The notes under the pieces were generated by a model. The model searched no databases and was not told the origin of the DNA. It saw only the letters and a list, made by a program, of their open reading frames with translations. Below, in pieces: positions 18,630 to 27,507 of a stretch of DNA of 63,971 nt (position 1 is the stretch's first letter; every line of letters begins with the position of its first letter). Source of the stretch: Bacteroidales bacterium. Lineage in GTDB: Bacteria; Bacteroidota; Bacteroidia; Bacteroidales; UBA7960. The translations under genes were made by a program, and so were the position numbers. The DNA is taken from contig PWZB01000136.1 of assembly GCA_003567625.1 (NCBI GenBank), positions 1-63,971 of the forward strand, given 5' to 3'.

Positions 18630-19475
18630 TCAGCCGGTTTTTTTATAAATTTTTTCGTTTTTGTTTATTTCAGTAAATTTATAATAATCTTTACACCATG
18701 ATATATTTTCCATGTTGCCTACAACTAAATAACCATTATAAGCAAGGTTGTTTGCAAACAGCCCTAAAAGCATTTCCTGATATTGCTGAGTGTAATATAT
18801 AAAAATATTCCTGAAAATTATAACATTAAATCCCCTGATTCTTTGGGCATCCTGGTATTTATAAAGGGAAAATTCAATGTTTTCATATATGTCGTTTTTG
18901 ATCCTGAAACCGTTTTTGACAGGTAAGATATGCCTGGAAAGACTGGCTTTCCCTTCATTGAATCTTTGATAATTAGTTTCGCTTATCTCAATATTTTTGC
19001 TTGAATAAACCCTTTTTTCCAGGTTTTGAATAATAAATTGTGAAATGTCTGTTGCCAGGATTTCGGTCTTATGTTTTAAACCGGCTTCGTTTATTATAAT
19101 TGCGGAGGTTATTAACTCTTCTCCTGATGAGCATCCGGGAATCCATATTTTTATTCGTGTATCTTTCTTATCAAGCGAGGGTAACATTTCATCGCGAAAA
19201 TATCGCCAAAATGCAGGGTCACGAAAAAATTCCGTACACTCTACGTTTATATCACTTAAAAACTTTTCAAAAAAAGTTTTATCAGTAATTAACTTGTCGG
19301 TTAAAGTATCAAAACCTTTTAATTCGTTTATTTGCATAGCCCTTATAATGCTTCTTTTGAAGAAAGTTAATGCAAAACAACCCAAGTCAAAACCATGTGC
19401 TGTTTTAATGGCTTCAATAAGATTCCGGATACCTGAAATACTGATCTCTATCTCCTTGCCTAATTCATTATTCAT
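18630..19475 (-). CDS. cheR: CheR-type protein-glutamate O-methyltransferase
   Basis: 281 aa. The N-terminal helical domain contains TEFFRDPAFW. The SAM-binding block is IWIPGCSSGEELITSAI. FNVIIFRNIFIYY is also present. Confidence 0.8.
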   Translation of the reverse strand: MNNELGKEIEISISGIRNLIEAIKTAHGFDLGCFALTFFKRSIIRAMQINELKGFDTLTDKLITDKTFFEKFLSDINVECTEFFRDPAFWRYFRDEMLPSLDKKDTRIKIWIPGCSSGEELITSAIIINEAGLKHKTEILATDISQFIIQNLEKRVYSSKNIEISETNYQRFNEGKASLSRHILPVKNGFRIKNDIYENIEFSLYKYQDAQRIRGFNVIIFRNIFIYYTQQYQEMLLGLFANNLAYNGYLVVGNMENISWCKDYYKFTEINKNEKIYKKTG

Positions 19476-19574
19476 TTGATATGTCTAAGCGAATTCGCAA
19501 CAAATATACTAAAATTATTATTCCATGAATTCAATTATATCCAATAATAATTAAATAGCCTTAACAATGTCATT

Positions 19575-19738
19575 GAATTACGAAAGTTATCGAATTACGA
19601 ATTTATTACGAATATACGAATTACGAATATTAATTCCGATTACCTGCCGACTGCCGATTGCCGATTGCCGACTGCCGACTGCCGACTGCCGATTGCCGAC
19701 TGCCGTCATACCGATTTACCACCCGCCATCCGTTACCC
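19575..19738. repeat. Composite short-tandem-repeat element: TTACGAA-type AT-rich units, a CCGATTACC joint, then 9 x TGCCGAY heptamers (19645..19707) and a C-rich tail
   Basis: Read directly: tgccgac tgccgat tgccgat tgccgac tgccgac tgccgac tgccgat tgccgac tgccgtc. A 7-nt period is incompatible with coding. Confidence 0.9.
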
Positions 19739-19974
19739 TCAATTATAGTTCGTGAATTAATTTGATTACTATTTTTATATCAATTGATCTGAACTTGCTT
19801 ATTGGTCACTACACACTGGCCTTTAGCAATCCTGTATAACATTGCCGGGAGGGTTATCATGGTTATGGTAATTTCTTAAAGTGATTAACTTTGCATTTCG
19901 TACTTATTTTAATAAAAAGGATTTACAGCAAACTGATAATTTTTATTTGCGGATAAAGGATTTTTGTTAATAAG

Positions 19975-20859
19975 ATGATGTTAGCTGAAAACATAAAATC
20001 ATATTTTCACCTGCACTTTGTGGTTATCCTGCTGGGTTTTACGGCAATTCTGGGCAATCTGATAAGCCTTGAAGCCATGCACTTGGTATGGTATAGAATG
20101 ATGTTTGCTTTCATAGGATTATGGATATTTATTTTAATAAAAAGAAAACCTTATCTGCTTAAAGCCGGGGATATTTTTAAGTTACTTGGAATAGGTGTGA
20201 TAATAGCAATGCACTGGATATTATTTTTTCATGCGATAAAAGTATCGAATGTATCGGTAACACTTGGAGTATTGGCTTCCACTACGCTTTTTACAAGTTT
20301 TATGGAGCCCTTGTTCAACCGGAGGCGAATTTTCTGGCTTGAGGTTTTAATTGGTATTGCTGTAATAGGAGGTCTTTATATTATTTTTCAATTTGAAACC
20401 CATTATTATAAGGGTATATTTTTTGCATTGTTAGCTGCTGTTTTAAGCGGTTTTTTTATCGTAATTAATAAAAAAATAAGCCTGCGTTATGATCCGACAG
20501 TTATAAGTTTTTATGAAATGATTGGAGGTTTTGGCATTATTACGGTTTTTTACATGATAACCGGTGGTTTTGATGTGACGTTTTTTAAAATATCCACATC
20601 TGATTTAATTTACATTTTAATATTAAGTTTTTTATGCACATCATATGCTTTTGCCGCTATTGTAGAGATAATGAAAATATTGTCGGCATTCAATGTTGTT
20701 CTGGCAATTAACATGGAGCCGGTATATGGGATAATCATGGCATTAATAATATTCGGCGAATCTGAGCAAATGTCGCCCGGTTTTTATATTGGAGCAATGA
20801 TAATTATAGCAGCCGTTTTCACCTATCCGGTTTTGAAGCGAAAGTTTTCCATTTTATAA
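19975..20859 (+). CDS. DMT-superfamily (EamA-like) transporter
   Basis: 294 aa with about 10 hydrophobic helices arranged as two similar halves, typical of EamA repeats. Confidence 0.7.
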   Translation: MMLAENIKSYFHLHFVVILLGFTAILGNLISLEAMHLVWYRMMFAFIGLWIFILIKRKPYLLKAGDIFKLLGIGVIIAMHWILFFHAIKVSNVSVTLGVLASTTLFTSFMEPLFNRRRIFWLEVLIGIAVIGGLYIIFQFETHYYKGIFFALLAAVLSGFFIVINKKISLRYDPTVISFYEMIGGFGIITVFYMITGGFDVTFFKISTSDLIYILILSFLCTSYAFAAIVEIMKILSAFNVVLAINMEPVYGIIMALIIFGESEQMSPGFYIGAMIIIAAVFTYPVLKRKFSIL

Positions 20860-21691
20860 TATCCAATAACTTGTCGGATGCCACGGCAATAAATTCTCTG
20901 TTTTTTAATTGAGGTTTATTATATTTAAGGGGTTTTCCGTCAATGACAGACAGAACTTTGCCTCCGGCTGCATTTACAAGGGCATGGCCTGAAGCCGTAT
21001 CCCATTCATACGAATAATTCCCCCGCATATAAATATTAGCCGAGCCTTCGGCTAATAAACAGAATTTCAGGGCACTTCCTTTTTTGATAATTTTTACAGG
21101 AATGTTTTCATTCGCCAGTGATTGAATTATTGAAGCGGTTCTATCGTCCGGATGGGAGCGGCTTACAGCCAAATTAACACGGCTGAAGATATTGTCTGAA
21201 GTAAGTTTATCCGAGTGTTTCAGAATGTTCTCAATATTATTATTTTTAAGGTGTCTTTTAAAATTTTTACAGATGGTTATTTTAAATGCACCTTTACTTA
21301 ACCATCCTAAATATATGATCTCCCGTACGGGTACTGCAGTTACCCCGATCACCGGTACGGAATTTTGAATAAGCCCGATATTGACAGTAAATTCCCCGTT
21401 CTTTTTTATAAATTCTTTTGTTCCGTCAAGCGGATCAACAAGCCACAAAAATTCATGGTTTTTTCTTTTATAATAAGCCATCGATTGGGTTTCTTCGCTG
21501 ATAACAAGAATATTTGTTCTGTTCAGTATTGAAGTGATCGCATTATTTGAGTTTTTGTCTGCAATGGTAATAGGGGTTCCGTCATTTTTGACCTCGAAAT
21601 CAAATTTTTGGTCATATACGGTCAAAATTTCATCTTTAGCTTTCAGTGCTGCTTTTAATGCAAGCATTACCAATGAAGGATAATTTGTCAT
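20819..21691 (-). CDS. cysQ: Inositol-monophosphatase-family enzyme, CysQ-like 3'(2'),5'-bisphosphate nucleotidase
   Basis: Motifs: VISEET, WLVDPLDGTKEF, YEWDTASGHALV. Confidence 0.7.
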   Translation of the reverse strand: MTNYPSLVMLALKAALKAKDEILTVYDQKFDFEVKNDGTPITIADKNSNNAITSILNRTNILVISEETQSMAYYKRKNHEFLWLVDPLDGTKEFIKKNGEFTVNIGLIQNSVPVIGVTAVPVREIIYLGWLSKGAFKITICKNFKRHLKNNNIENILKHSDKLTSDNIFSRVNLAVSRSHPDDRTASIIQSLANENIPVKIIKKGSALKFCLLAEGSANIYMRGNYSYEWDTASGHALVNAAGGKVLSVIDGKPLKYNKPQLKNREFIAVASDKLLDIIKWKTFASKPDR

Positions 21692-21823
21692 ATTAAATTG
21701 AACGGTTAAATCAGTTTGTTAACTTGTCTATTACATCTGCCAGGTGATTTGCTCCGTTAGAGAAATTTACTGTTTTGCAAAAAAACAACTAACCTCAACG
21801 GCTCAAAGAGAAATACCTTTTTC

Positions 21824-21916
21824 GAACCACATAGACATATATGACACATAGTTTTTACATAGAAATATAAATACGGAAACTCTATGTGTTATCCTATGTG
21901 TTCTATATGTGTGTTC
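21824..21916. repeat. Imperfect palindrome built from CACATAG / CTATGTG words (REP-like)
   Basis: gaaccacatagacatatatgacacatag ... ctatgtgttatcctatgtgttctatatgtgtgttc. It lies between the CDF gene's end and the cysQ start. A half copy is at 49598..49630. Confidence 0.75.
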
Positions 21917-21971
21917 AAGCAGCAGAATTTTTTATATAAAATTCATTTTCTTCGCATGACGGCTATGCCAT

Positions 21972-22862
21972 TCACCCGAGCGGCTCAGTATGTACAGAGA
22001 TATGGGTTTTATCGCCGTACTTGTATCTGTATTTTTTTTCAAGAGTAACGGTTATATCATGTGCTTGTTTGACATTTAGATCATTTTTTACTCTTATATG
22101 TATGTCAATGGCAATATTACTGCCTATTTTTCTTGTTTTCAGATTATGCGGATCAAAAACACCGCCAGTTTCGGTTGCAATATTCAGGATTTCCTGTTCA
22201 GTTTTTTTTGGCAGCGAAGTCTCAATAAGTTCAAGGATTGATTCTCTCAGAATATTAAAGCTGGTGATAAAAATAAATACACTGATTATGATAGCTGCCA
22301 GGGGGTCAAGGATGGTCCAGCGCGGGCCTAGAAAAATAGCGCCACCAATTCCTGCAAGTGTTCCCAGCGATGAATATACGTCGGTACGGTGGTGCCAGGC
22401 GTTTGCAATTAATACCTGGCTGTTGATTTGTTTGCCCTTTCTTAATGTATATCTGTAAATTATTTCTTTAATAACAATTGATACTATTGCGGCATAGAAA
22501 GCAATATTTCCGGGGCTGTCAATTGAGCCTGCCTGTATATATTCATATATTTTTTTTCCTCCCGAATATAAAATACCTGCGCCAACCACTATAAGGACAC
22601 CGCCAACAAAAGCAGTAGCCAGGGTTTCTATTTTACCATGTCCATATTTATGGTTTTGGTCGCTGGGTTTTGCTGCCACTTTTAAGCTGCCCAGAACAAC
22701 AAGGTCGGTTGAAAAGTCACTTACAGAGTGTATGCCATCGGCAATCATTGCCGAACTGCGTCCCAAAAAACCGGCAACAAGCTTAAAAACAGTAAGTAGA
22801 AGGTTGGTAAAAAACCCAATCCATGTTACCTTTTTTGCAACTTTTGATTGATGTTTATCCAT
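21972..22862 (-). CDS. Cation diffusion facilitator (CDF) family metal efflux transporter
   Basis: 296 aa. It has six TM helices with HSVSDFSTD and HHRTDVYSS metal-site motifs, plus a C-terminal cytoplasmic domain. Confidence 0.8.
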   Translation of the reverse strand: MDKHQSKVAKKVTWIGFFTNLLLTVFKLVAGFLGRSSAMIADGIHSVSDFSTDLVVLGSLKVAAKPSDQNHKYGHGKIETLATAFVGGVLIVVGAGILYSGGKKIYEYIQAGSIDSPGNIAFYAAIVSIVIKEIIYRYTLRKGKQINSQVLIANAWHHRTDVYSSLGTLAGIGGAIFLGPRWTILDPLAAIIISVFIFITSFNILRESILELIETSLPKKTEQEILNIATETGGVFDPHNLKTRKIGSNIAIDIHIRVKNDLNVKQAHDITVTLEKKYRYKYGDKTHISVHTEPLG

Positions 22863-22877
22863 GTATTATAATAAAAA

Positions 22878-24137
22878 TCACCCTCCGAAATCATCCATAT
22901 CAATGTTTTCTTCCGGAACACCCAGCTCGTCCAGCATTTTAAGGACAGCGTCATTCATCAATGGCGGTCCGCAAATGTAATACTCTATTTCTTCGGGTTT
23001 GGGATGTTTGCCCAGGTAATTATCCAGTACTACCTGGTGAATAAATCCCGTATAACCATTCCAGTTATCTTCGGGCATAGGTTCTGACAGGGCTATATGA
23101 AATTTGAAGTTGGGGAATTTTTTCTCAATTTCGATAAAATCATTTTCGTAAAATATTTCCCTTTTTGAACGTGCGCCATACCAGTATGATACTTTTCGAT
23201 TTGTATTTAAAGTATAAAAAAGATGGAAAATATGAGATCTGAGCGGAGCCATACCTGCGCCGCCACCTATATAGACCATTTCTTTGCCGGTGTCCTTAAT
23301 AAAGAATTCGCCGTAAGGGCCTGATATGGTAATTTTGTCAGCGGGTTTACGTGAGAAGATGTATGTAGAACAGATTCCCGGGTTTACTTTCATAAAGCGG
23401 TTTTTCTTTCTATTCCACGGAGGTGTGGCTATGCGTACATTCAGCTTGATAATGTTTCCTTCAGCCGGATGGTTTGCCATAGAATAAGCCCTGAAAACAG
23501 GCTCCGGATTGATCATCTTCAGATCCCATATATTAAGCTTATCCCAGTCTTCACGAAATTCTTCTTCAACATGAATATCTTTAAAATCAATTTCACAAGG
23601 CGGCACATCAACCTGGATATATCCGCCGGGTTTAAAATCAAGGCTTTCGCCTTCGGGTAGCCTGACAACAAATTCTTTGATGAAGGTGGCGACATTTTTA
23701 TTGGAAAGCACCTCACATTCCATTTTTTTGATATCGAATATCTCTTCGGGTATTTTTAATTCCAGGTCTTGCCTTACTTTTACCTGGCAGGCTAATCGCC
23801 AATTATCCAATATTTCTCTTCTTGTAAAATAACCTACTTCTGTAGAAAGTATATCGCCTGCCCCGGATAATACCTGGCACTTACACATTGCGCATGTACC
23901 AACTCCGCCACAAGCACTGGGCAGATAAATTTCACTGTTGGAAAGAGTAGTAAGCAGTGTGTCTCCAGCATAAACTTCATGCTCTCTGTCTTCATTAATG
24001 TTGATTTTGACCGGGCCACTCGGAACTAGCTTTGACCGTGCATATAATAAAAGAGAAACGATGGTCAGTATTATGAATAAAAATATCAAAATACTGAGCA
24101 AAATAATCGTACCGCTGCTTATTTCAATTAATATCAT
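22878..24137 (-). CDS. nqrF: Na+-translocating NADH:quinone oxidoreductase subunit F
   Basis: An N-terminal TM helix is followed by 2Fe-2S ferredoxin cysteines (PSACGGVGTCAMCKC). The FAD/NAD-binding domain shows RAYSMANHP and GGGAGMAPLRSH. Confidence 0.92.
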   Translation of the reverse strand: MILIEISSGTIILLSILIFLFIILTIVSLLLYARSKLVPSGPVKININEDREHEVYAGDTLLTTLSNSEIYLPSACGGVGTCAMCKCQVLSGAGDILSTEVGYFTRREILDNWRLACQVKVRQDLELKIPEEIFDIKKMECEVLSNKNVATFIKEFVVRLPEGESLDFKPGGYIQVDVPPCEIDFKDIHVEEEFREDWDKLNIWDLKMINPEPVFRAYSMANHPAEGNIIKLNVRIATPPWNRKKNRFMKVNPGICSTYIFSRKPADKITISGPYGEFFIKDTGKEMVYIGGGAGMAPLRSHIFHLFYTLNTNRKVSYWYGARSKREIFYENDFIEIEKKFPNFKFHIALSEPMPEDNWNGYTGFIHQVVLDNYLGKHPKPEEIEYYICGPPLMNDAVLKMLDELGVPEENIDMDDFGG

Positions 24138-24229
24138 AGCTTTTTTGTTATCAATTCCGCATATTGCGGGTCTGTTTTATTGATATTTTTTTATTTACAA
24201 TATATTATTTCCCAATCTGTACTTATCTT

Positions 24230-24847
24230 TTATAGTTCAATACCCATAAAACTCATAAAAGCAATACTCATCAGGCCTGTAATTATAAATGCTATTCCCA
24301 GTCCTCTTAATGGAGGCAGGACATTGGAATACCTGATTTTTTCACGGATTGCGGCTATGCCGGCAATAGCCAGGAAAAACCCGACACCGCTTCCCAATCC
24401 GAATGAAGCAACTTCGGCAAGGTTGGCATAATTGCGTTCCTGCATGAAGAGCGAACTGCCTAAAATAGCACAGTTTACTGCAATTAGCGGGAGAAAGATA
24501 CCGAGTGAGTTATGTAAAGTAGGGCTGAACTTTTCTATTATCATCTCTACAAGCTGTACCATAGATGCAATAACGGCAATGAACATGATGAAGGTAAGAA
24601 ATGACAGGTCAACTTCGGCAAATCCGGGCCCCAGCCATGATAAAGAGCCACGGCCAAGCAAATAATTTTCTATCAGATAATTAATAGGAACGGTTATGCC
24701 AAGTACAAAGATTACAGCGAAACCTAAACCTATGGAGGTTTTTACCGTCCTGGATACGGCAAGATAGGAGCACATACCGAGAAAATATGCTAATACAAGG
24801 TTGTCAATAAAAATTGACCTGACGAATATGTTTACCAACTCTTCCAT
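24230..24847 (-). CDS. nqrE: Na+-NQR subunit E
   Basis: 205-aa polytopic membrane protein. Motifs such as IFIDNLVLAYFLGMCSYLAVS match the NqrE/RnfA family, and it sits in the expected operon position. Confidence 0.9.
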   Translation of the reverse strand: MEELVNIFVRSIFIDNLVLAYFLGMCSYLAVSRTVKTSIGLGFAVIFVLGITVPINYLIENYLLGRGSLSWLGPGFAEVDLSFLTFIMFIAVIASMVQLVEMIIEKFSPTLHNSLGIFLPLIAVNCAILGSSLFMQERNYANLAEVASFGLGSGVGFFLAIAGIAAIREKIRYSNVLPPLRGLGIAFIITGLMSIAFMSFMGIEL

Positions 24848-24895
24848 AGTTTATATTTTATATTGTTAATAACAGTTTTTCTCAATTAAATTTGG

Positions 24896-25555
24896 TTAAC
24901 TGGCATCAATAAGTTCCTTATCACGGCTTCTGTGAATCCAGATGATCACTCCGACAGTTATAAGCGCCATAGGTGGCAATATGAACAAGCCGTTGTTTTC
25001 ATAACCGATTCTGTAAAAAATATCCGGTATTATCTGTACGTTCATAAGGGTGCCTGCCCCAAATAACTCGCGAACTGCTGCAACAGCCAGTAAAATGGCA
25101 CCATAACCGGCTGCGTTGCCAATACCATCCAAGAATGAAGGCCAGGCTTTATTGTATAGGGCAAAACCTTCGAGCCTTCCCATTATGATACAATTGGTTA
25201 TGATCAGTCCTACAAATATTGACAATTGCCGGCTGACATCGTACATATAGGCTTTAAGTACCTGGTCAACGATGATTACCAAAGATGCAATGACTGTCAG
25301 CTGTACAATTATGCGAATACGCTGTGGTATCGTATTTCTTAACAAGGATATAATAACATTGGCTAAACCCATTACTGCAACAACTGATATAGCCAAAACC
25401 AATGACGGCTTCAATTGTACTGTAACTGCCAGGATTGAGCATATACCCAAAACCTGTATAGTTATAGGATTGTCTTTGCCAATTGGATTTGATAGAAGTT
25501 TTTTGTTTTTGTAAGAAAATAATGGTTCTTTATTATTATTTATGTTCTCACTCAT
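24896..25555 (-). CDS. nqrD: Na+-NQR subunit D
   Basis: NqrD/RnfE-type membrane protein (NPITIQVLGICSILAVT). I moved the start to the ATG at 25555 (MSENINNNKEPLF), which overlaps the nqrC stop by 8 nt. Confidence 0.88.
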   Translation of the reverse strand: MSENINNNKEPLFSYKNKKLLSNPIGKDNPITIQVLGICSILAVTVQLKPSLVLAISVVAVMGLANVIISLLRNTIPQRIRIIVQLTVIASLVIIVDQVLKAYMYDVSRQLSIFVGLIITNCIIMGRLEGFALYNKAWPSFLDGIGNAAGYGAILLAVAAVRELFGAGTLMNVQIIPDIFYRIGYENNGLFILPPMALITVGVIIWIHRSRDKELIDAS

Positions 25556-26255
25556 AGTTTTTTTGTTTATAAAAATAGGGTTTGTAAACTTTAATTCCAT
25601 CATATAACATTTTTGACACCCCATTGCAGGTCATTGTTCCACCTGTAATAGCATCAACTCCGTGAGGATCATCAGGATCAGCACCCTCTCTTAAAACTTT
25701 AACAGAACGATAATTGCCTTGCTGGTCAAAAATTTTTTTTCCTTTGAACTGGTTTTCGAAGTGTTTTTCGGCAATTTGAGAGCCTAAACCGGGAGTTTCG
25801 CTTGCATGATCAAAGTTGGCTCCCGCTATGGTATTAAAATCGGATTTTAAGCTGATATATCCCCATATTGCACCCCACAATCCTGCACCCCTTAAAGGCA
25901 GAATATAATATGTTTCATTTTCTGCTTCTGCAATATATAAAGGCATTTGGCGTTCAGACAATTCTTTGCGTATCTCATCCTGTAAATCTACTTCAAAAGC
26001 ATCTCCTTCTATTTCTTCACCTTCGTGGTTTAATATTTTGGTTTGGACAATATAATCGTAAAAAACATTTTCCGATTCTTCTCTTTCTACTTCAATATTT
26101 ATGGATGCAAGAATATTTTGCATTTTTTCCAAACGTATGTTTCTTTCCTGTTTTGGTTGCAGCAGTGTTGCCAAAAGTGAAAGAATAAGCGCAACAACAA
26201 CAACCATTATCGAAGCGTAAATAAAAATATATTTATTACTGTAACCTTTTGCCAT
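25548..26255 (-). CDS. nqrC: Na+-NQR subunit C (FMN-binding)
   Basis: It has a single N-terminal TM helix. The flavinylation-site context VDAITGGTMTCNGV parallels Vibrio VDGLSGATLTSNGV. Confidence 0.9.
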   Translation of the reverse strand: MAKGYSNKYIFIYASIMVVVVALILSLLATLLQPKQERNIRLEKMQNILASINIEVEREESENVFYDYIVQTKILNHEGEEIEGDAFEVDLQDEIRKELSERQMPLYIAEAENETYYILPLRGAGLWGAIWGYISLKSDFNTIAGANFDHASETPGLGSQIAEKHFENQFKGKKIFDQQGNYRSVKVLREGADPDDPHGVDAITGGTMTCNGVSKMLYDGIKVYKPYFYKQKNYE

Positions 26256-26267
26256 TTTATTAATAAT

Positions 26268-27452
26268 TTAGGGTTTTTTCTCTTTGACATTTATTTGCGC
26301 TTTTCTTAATCTTTTCATTCTTCTTTTAATATTTGCTTGCACTACATAGTGGTCAATGAGTGGAGCGAAAACATTCATCATAAGTATTGCAAGCATCACT
26401 CCGCCGGGGAATCCGGGGTTTACAACCCTGATAAGTATGGTTAGCACACCTATCAAAAAACCGTATATGTATTTACCGTGAGGTGTTTGTGATGCCGTTA
26501 CCGGGTCTGTAGCCATATATACTGCACCGAACGCAAATGCTCCTAAAAGCAAGTGCTGATGAACAGGTATCATCATATATTCGTTAAGAGCTATTATGTT
26601 GAACAGACCTGCCATAAAGATACCACCGGCAAAGACACTGATTATTATTCTCAAACTGGCAACGCCCGTTATTGCCAGGAATAATCCTCCCAGCATAATA
26701 GCGGCAAACGAAGTTTCGCCGATAACCCCGGGCATATTCCCTAAAAACATGTTAAAGTCTGATGGAAGAGCTTCCATCTTTCCTTCGGCAACCAACGAAA
26801 GCGGCGTCACACCCGAATAACCGTCAACCAGTTGATGGCCTTCCTGTAGCCTGGTATAAGTATATACTTCGCCTGATAAATAAGCAGGATAACCAAAAAG
26901 AATAAAAGCGCGTGACAGAAGTGCCGGATTGACTATATTCATACCCGTACCGCCGAATATTTCCTTGCCTATTATTACAGCAAAAATATTTGCAACGGCA
27001 ACCATCCATAAAGGTACGGTGGCCGGTAGTATCAGGACTACCAACATGCCCGTCACAAGAAAACCTTCATTTACTTCTTTATCGTGGATTACGGCAAAAA
27101 GAAATTCAGTAGCCAAACCTGACAGATATGACACAATAATGATAGGTAAAATCAGCATAAAGCCAAAAGCAAAAGATTCCCAGATTGCAGGTTCAATACC
27201 CACAGCTTGATAATACTGATAACCTGTGTTCCAAATTCCAACTAACAAAGGCGGGATAAGTGCTATGATAACATATACCATAGTACGTTTCATGTCAATG
27301 GCATCCCGGATATGACTGCCTTTTGTGGTGGTTTTTTCAGGTACGAACAAAAAGGTGTCAAATGCCTCCCATGCACGGCGAAACCTGCCAAACCTCGCAC
27401 CTTTATAAAAGTGAGGTCTTATTTTATCTCTTATGTTTTTTATAACTTTCAA
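26268..27452 (-). CDS. nqrB: Na+-NQR subunit B
   Basis: 394-aa polytopic protein with the flavinylation context VDGYSGVTPLS. The start appears to be a TTG (reverse complement of 27450..27452), because the conserved N-terminus KVIKNIRDKIRPHF...FDTFLFVP begins there. Confidence 0.9.
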   Translation of the reverse strand: MKVIKNIRDKIRPHFYKGARFGRFRRAWEAFDTFLFVPEKTTTKGSHIRDAIDMKRTMVYVIIALIPPLLVGIWNTGYQYYQAVGIEPAIWESFAFGFMLILPIIIVSYLSGLATEFLFAVIHDKEVNEGFLVTGMLVVLILPATVPLWMVAVANIFAVIIGKEIFGGTGMNIVNPALLSRAFILFGYPAYLSGEVYTYTRLQEGHQLVDGYSGVTPLSLVAEGKMEALPSDFNMFLGNMPGVIGETSFAAIMLGGLFLAITGVASLRIIISVFAGGIFMAGLFNIIALNEYMMIPVHQHLLLGAFAFGAVYMATDPVTASQTPHGKYIYGFLIGVLTILIRVVNPGFPGGVMLAILMMNVFAPLIDHYVVQANIKRRMKRLRKAQINVKEKKP

Positions 27453-27507
27453 TTTGTAATAAAATTTATTGTTGACAAAAATTTTACGTTTTCAAAACAA
27501 TTAATAA

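Noticed and set aside
19045-19479. 144-aa + strand ORF (similar cases at 22021..22458, 58317..58742, 53423..53851 and 40950..41342)
   Set aside because: All are antisense to genes with strong family motifs (cheR, CDF, recN, deiminase, asmA). None has a recognisable domain.
19645-19707. Possible CRISPR array (also considered for 38391..38439)
   Set aside because: The units are 7 nt with no spacers between them. CRISPR repeats are about 24-48 nt and are separated by unique spacers. No cas genes are in the window.
19567-19755. 62-aa ORF with RLPTADC repeats
   Set aside because: It is produced by reading through 7-nt tandem repeats. The repeat period is not a multiple of 3, so the peptide periodicity is a by-product of the DNA repeat.
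20819-20859. 41-nt convergent overlap of the DMT transporter and cysQ 3' ends
   Set aside because: It is real in the sequence, but short convergent overlaps are common in compact genomes. Nothing else here suggests antisense regulation.
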